From Mustelus asterias (taxonomy: Eukaryota), in assembly GCF_964213995.1 (NCBI RefSeq), contig NC_135811.1, positions 104,098,001 through 104,162,000 on the forward strand: 64,000 nt of DNA, read 5' to 3'. A model generated the notes under the pieces. It saw only the letters and a program-made list of their open reading frames with translations, was not told where the DNA came from and made no database searches. Numbering within the stretch: position 1 is the stretch's first letter; each line of letters begins with the position of its first letter. Of this stretch, positions 60,531 to 64,000 are shown in pieces. Both the position numbers and the translations under genes were made by a program.

Positions 60531-61632
60531 CTACTGCCAGTGACTTCCACTCTTATGGAGTTTATGGTTTTCTTGGTGTGGTGCCTTCATGGCCACCGTA
60601 TCTCAAGTTTATTTTCTGGAATGCGATTGGATACCAAATTGAAATTACCGAGTATGGTTTGGAATAATTCACCAAAAAAAGTACAGACTTAATTCTGATC
60701 ATTTTCTTCCTCATTGGTTAACAATAGACACAAGAAATTTTATTTCACAGATTGTCATGTTTGAAAATCCCCAAAGATTTTAAATAAACACTAATCTGTT
60801 TATCCAGAGTATGCTGGTGGCAGTAAGTCAACTTCAGCAGAGAGGCATACATGTGACGAGCTTAGTAAGATTCACAGTACCTGTGCACAATTAAAATGTT
60901 GGAATAGTTATAGCCTTAAGAGTTGTGTTTCTGCTCTGACTCAGACTATCTCCAGTTAATCACACAGTCTGTGTATTCTCCTCCCCCACATTTCATTATC
61001 AAGTCAGACTGCCCCAATGATTCAATGAGTAGCTGATCCAACCACACACACAGCAGGAAAGCCTCAAATACAAATCGTGCTCAGGTGAGTTTGGTTTGCC
61101 AACTGCATTCCAAGAAGTTTCATTGCATGACTGCAAACCACCCCCACACTCCAGTCTTTGGTTGGCCCACACATTCATCCTCACAGGGCACCAATGTCTC
61201 ATGCCAACTGGAAAGCAAACAGACTCTACCATTGATTCCTGACTTATCAAACAGTCTTACCCCCGCCACCACCCCACTATATATTTTTTGAATACTTGTG
61301 TTTATTAGTTCTAAGGAGGTAGGGGGGAATTTTCCTAACATGCCAATGCTCTTTGCTTGCAGCAATGTCTTGGAAGTTAATCTACAATTCAAAAAGACAG
61401 CAGGATAATCCTGGAGATTTGGCAACCCTAGTTCAGGTGGTAAGGAGCTAGCTGGACAACTAGAATCAATGGCCCTGCAATGGAAGGGGTGGGGAGGGGA
61501 AAGGGTGAGAAGAAAGTTATGGATCTTAATCATTATGTTGGAATAATTTCTGGAAGAGCACACACAAGATTCTTCTGGGTTGTGATACTTGCAACTTGTC
61601 TACACGCAGAGTCAAGAGTGGTTGTTTAGACT

Positions 61633-61928
61633 CAAGTTTAAAGTTTATTTATTAGTGTCACAAGTAGGTTTACATTAACACTGCAATGAGGTTACTGTGA
61701 AAATAGCCTAGTCACCACACTCCAGTGCCTGTTCAGGTACACCGAGGGAGAATTTAGCATGGCCAATACACCTAACCGGCACATCTTTCAGACTGCGAGG
61801 GGAAACCAGAGCACCCAAAGGAAACCCATGCAGACACGGGGACAATGTGCAGACTCCACGCAGACAGTGATCCAAGCCGGGAATCGAACCCAGGTCCCTG
61901 GCGCCATGAAGCAGCAGTGCTAACCACT
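61633..61928 (-). mobile_element. V-SINE, tail type 2
   Basis: Full head, core and type-2 tail. Confidence 0.88.
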
Positions 61929-63279
61929 AGGTACCCACAGGAGGGAAAGACAAGAAAATGGGCAATCATTTACTTTCTTTCAGCCCCCGCTCCCACCTGA
62001 ATCCGACCTGTTGAAGGGTTGCTGTCACTCTATCAGGACTTCAAGATATTTATGAGAGATAGTTTCAGGACAAATTGCAGTCTTTGTCTTGCTAGATAGA
62101 CACAATTATCTTTCACTTAGCTCTGCCCTGGTGATTAGGCTGTCTCGTCTCTTTCGTGGTTATTTCCCTTGGTGACAGAACCTTCAATTGCCTCGCCCTT
62201 GCTTGCTCAAATTCCTTCCAGAAACACCTCCGCACCTCTCCACCTTCAAAAACCCAATACCTATATTTTTGGCCAACTCAACCTCTCCCTCCTCTCTTCA
62301 TCCACATTTGTTGCAATCAATACTTGTCACACAATCTCCAAATCTGTTCGCAGAACGCCCCAAGCTGTGAAACTCTTCACTTAATCTGCTCACTCTAAAA
62401 CCCACAGTTATATTCACTTAATAGCAATTGTCATCCTTGACTCAGTGGCAATAATCTTACCTCTCAAGTCACCAGCCATCCCACTGAAATACCTTCAGCA
62501 TTAACTTTAGGTCATTTACTTTATGCCTGGTTGTGGGATCTTGCTCTGCACAAATTGTTGCATTGTGGGGAAACAAGACAGCCAATGACTACACTTCAAA
62601 AGTAATTATTTAGTTCTGAGACATTTTGGGACATCCTGTTGCTATAGAAATGCTAGTTCTTTCTTTTCTCCTTTCAGTTTTCGTTGGTTCCCACACTTGG
62701 GCCATTCACCGGGGTAGATCAAATTTTCACACATGGACAGGAATCATATTACTGCCCAATCCTTTTGTGCTTCAGCTGAATTGAACATGCAAGCAAAGCA
62801 GTTTTGACAATAGGTCCACACCCAAAATATTAAGACATATTAATTGATCTGTATTTCCAGGGTCCTCAGTTCCTACCGCAACAGATAAACTTCAACTGCA
62901 CTACCATCGCTTCAGGGAGGGGGGAGGGATTTTTGCATCTCAGCCAATCATTACAAAGTTCAACCAGTTGTGTTTGAGTAATCTAACTACCACTAGGTTG
63001 GAAGCACCCAGATAACCAGGATTCATCCCTGTCTGATTTAGCGCAAGCAAAGCACAATGCTGGAATAATTGCCACCGAGCTAATCAGCCCACTCCCCCAA
63101 CCCTCCAATTTGTGCATGTCTTTTGGTTAATTACCATCCACACAAGCTCTGAATTGCAATTACAGCAGCATGTGGGTTTTTTGCAGCATATGGTGGGTCC
63201 TCACTCCACCAACTATCTGCCTGAGAACTGAGGGAACATCTTTCACCAGAATTGTATCAAATTTGCAGCAGAAAAAACA

Positions 63280-64000
63280 CTTGAATTCCTGCAGCAACTT
63301 TCATGACCAGACGATATCCCAAAGGGCTTTACAGCCAATGAAGTACTTTTGAAACATTGTCACATAGGAAAGAGAGAGAGACTATTTGGGCAGAGAACAA
63401 TCCCACAAACAGCATGGTAATCATTATCAGATCATCTGTTTTAACCATCTTGGTGAGGTTTAAATATTCTACAAATCTACTCAATTCAAAATGATCAGCA
63501 ATTGGGCACACGTTTAAGAAACAGTCTAATTTGTTACATTTTACTTCACTGGTGACTGTTACCCATTTTCACTAGGGGTTTAAAGCCACAATATCGGCAC
63601 CCTTCAATGACATTTTTACAGCTCAAGTGTCACAGAATGTTTCATATACAGTGACTTATTCGAAAACGTCAAATGCACAAATGAGGTAACTATTCCACTC
63701 ATCAAGATGAATGGCCAATTAATTTGATCTTTGCGACGTTGGTTGAAGGAGGAATCACCTCCAGAATGAACAGCTACTCTTCAAAATAGACCTTGAAATC
63801 GTTAACATCCACATTAACAGGTCTAACATTGCATCAGCAATATGACACTCTCCTCAAAAGTGCACTAGTATGTCAACTAAGATCATAGACAACTCCGAGC
63901 ATACTCCCAACTCCCCCACTCTTCTGAATGCTACCAACCAAGACTGGTTGGGCATTGAATCCGCAACCTTCTGACACAGAGGCAAGAGTGCCACCCACTG
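63280..64000 (-). mobile_element. Two degraded DeuSINE remnants
   Basis: GCTTTACAGCCAATGAAGTACTTTTGAA tail at about 63325; CAACCTTCTGACACAGAGGCAAGAGTG head at the window end. Confidence 0.55.

Noticed and set aside
19320-61431. GGCAACCCTAG ends at about 19415 and 61420, resembling hAT-type TIRs
   Set aside because: Only single degenerate ends are visible, with no paired TIRs or TSD to delimit an element.
5545-61969. Recurrent short ORFs (DCGRKPEHPEETHAD, MVSTAASQ...)
   Set aside because: They are translations of the V-SINE core, not a gene family.

Overview
This is repeat-dense vertebrate genomic DNA, most likely from a shark or other elasmobranch. That assignment is inferred from abundant HE1-type V-SINEs, SacSINE1-like DeuSINEs and HER1/CR1-type LINEs. 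I could not support any host protein-coding exon, so the window is probably intronic or intergenic. Every recognisable protein-like ORF is a non-LTR retrotransposon ORF2 fragment (CR1, Rex1/Babar-like, or a CR1/L2-group LINE). The window also holds a 538-N gap beside a 30-bp minisatellite, a 5S rRNA retrocopy inside a short solo LTR, two more short solo LTRs, GC-rich MITE-like elements and many nested insertions. The most interesting signals are: (1) several Penelope-like palindromic elements with hammerhead-ribozyme cores, including a 71-bp-arm hairpin and a 15-nt micro-insertion; (2) one V-SINE head and core carrying three different 3' tails; (3) a 212-bp element that appears to join the 5' and 3' ends of a Rex1-like LINE; (4) an approximately 86-bp target-site duplication. 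All of this was read by eye. Repeat boundaries are approximate (about 10-20 bp, more for old copies), and family names are recognitions from memory, not database hits.
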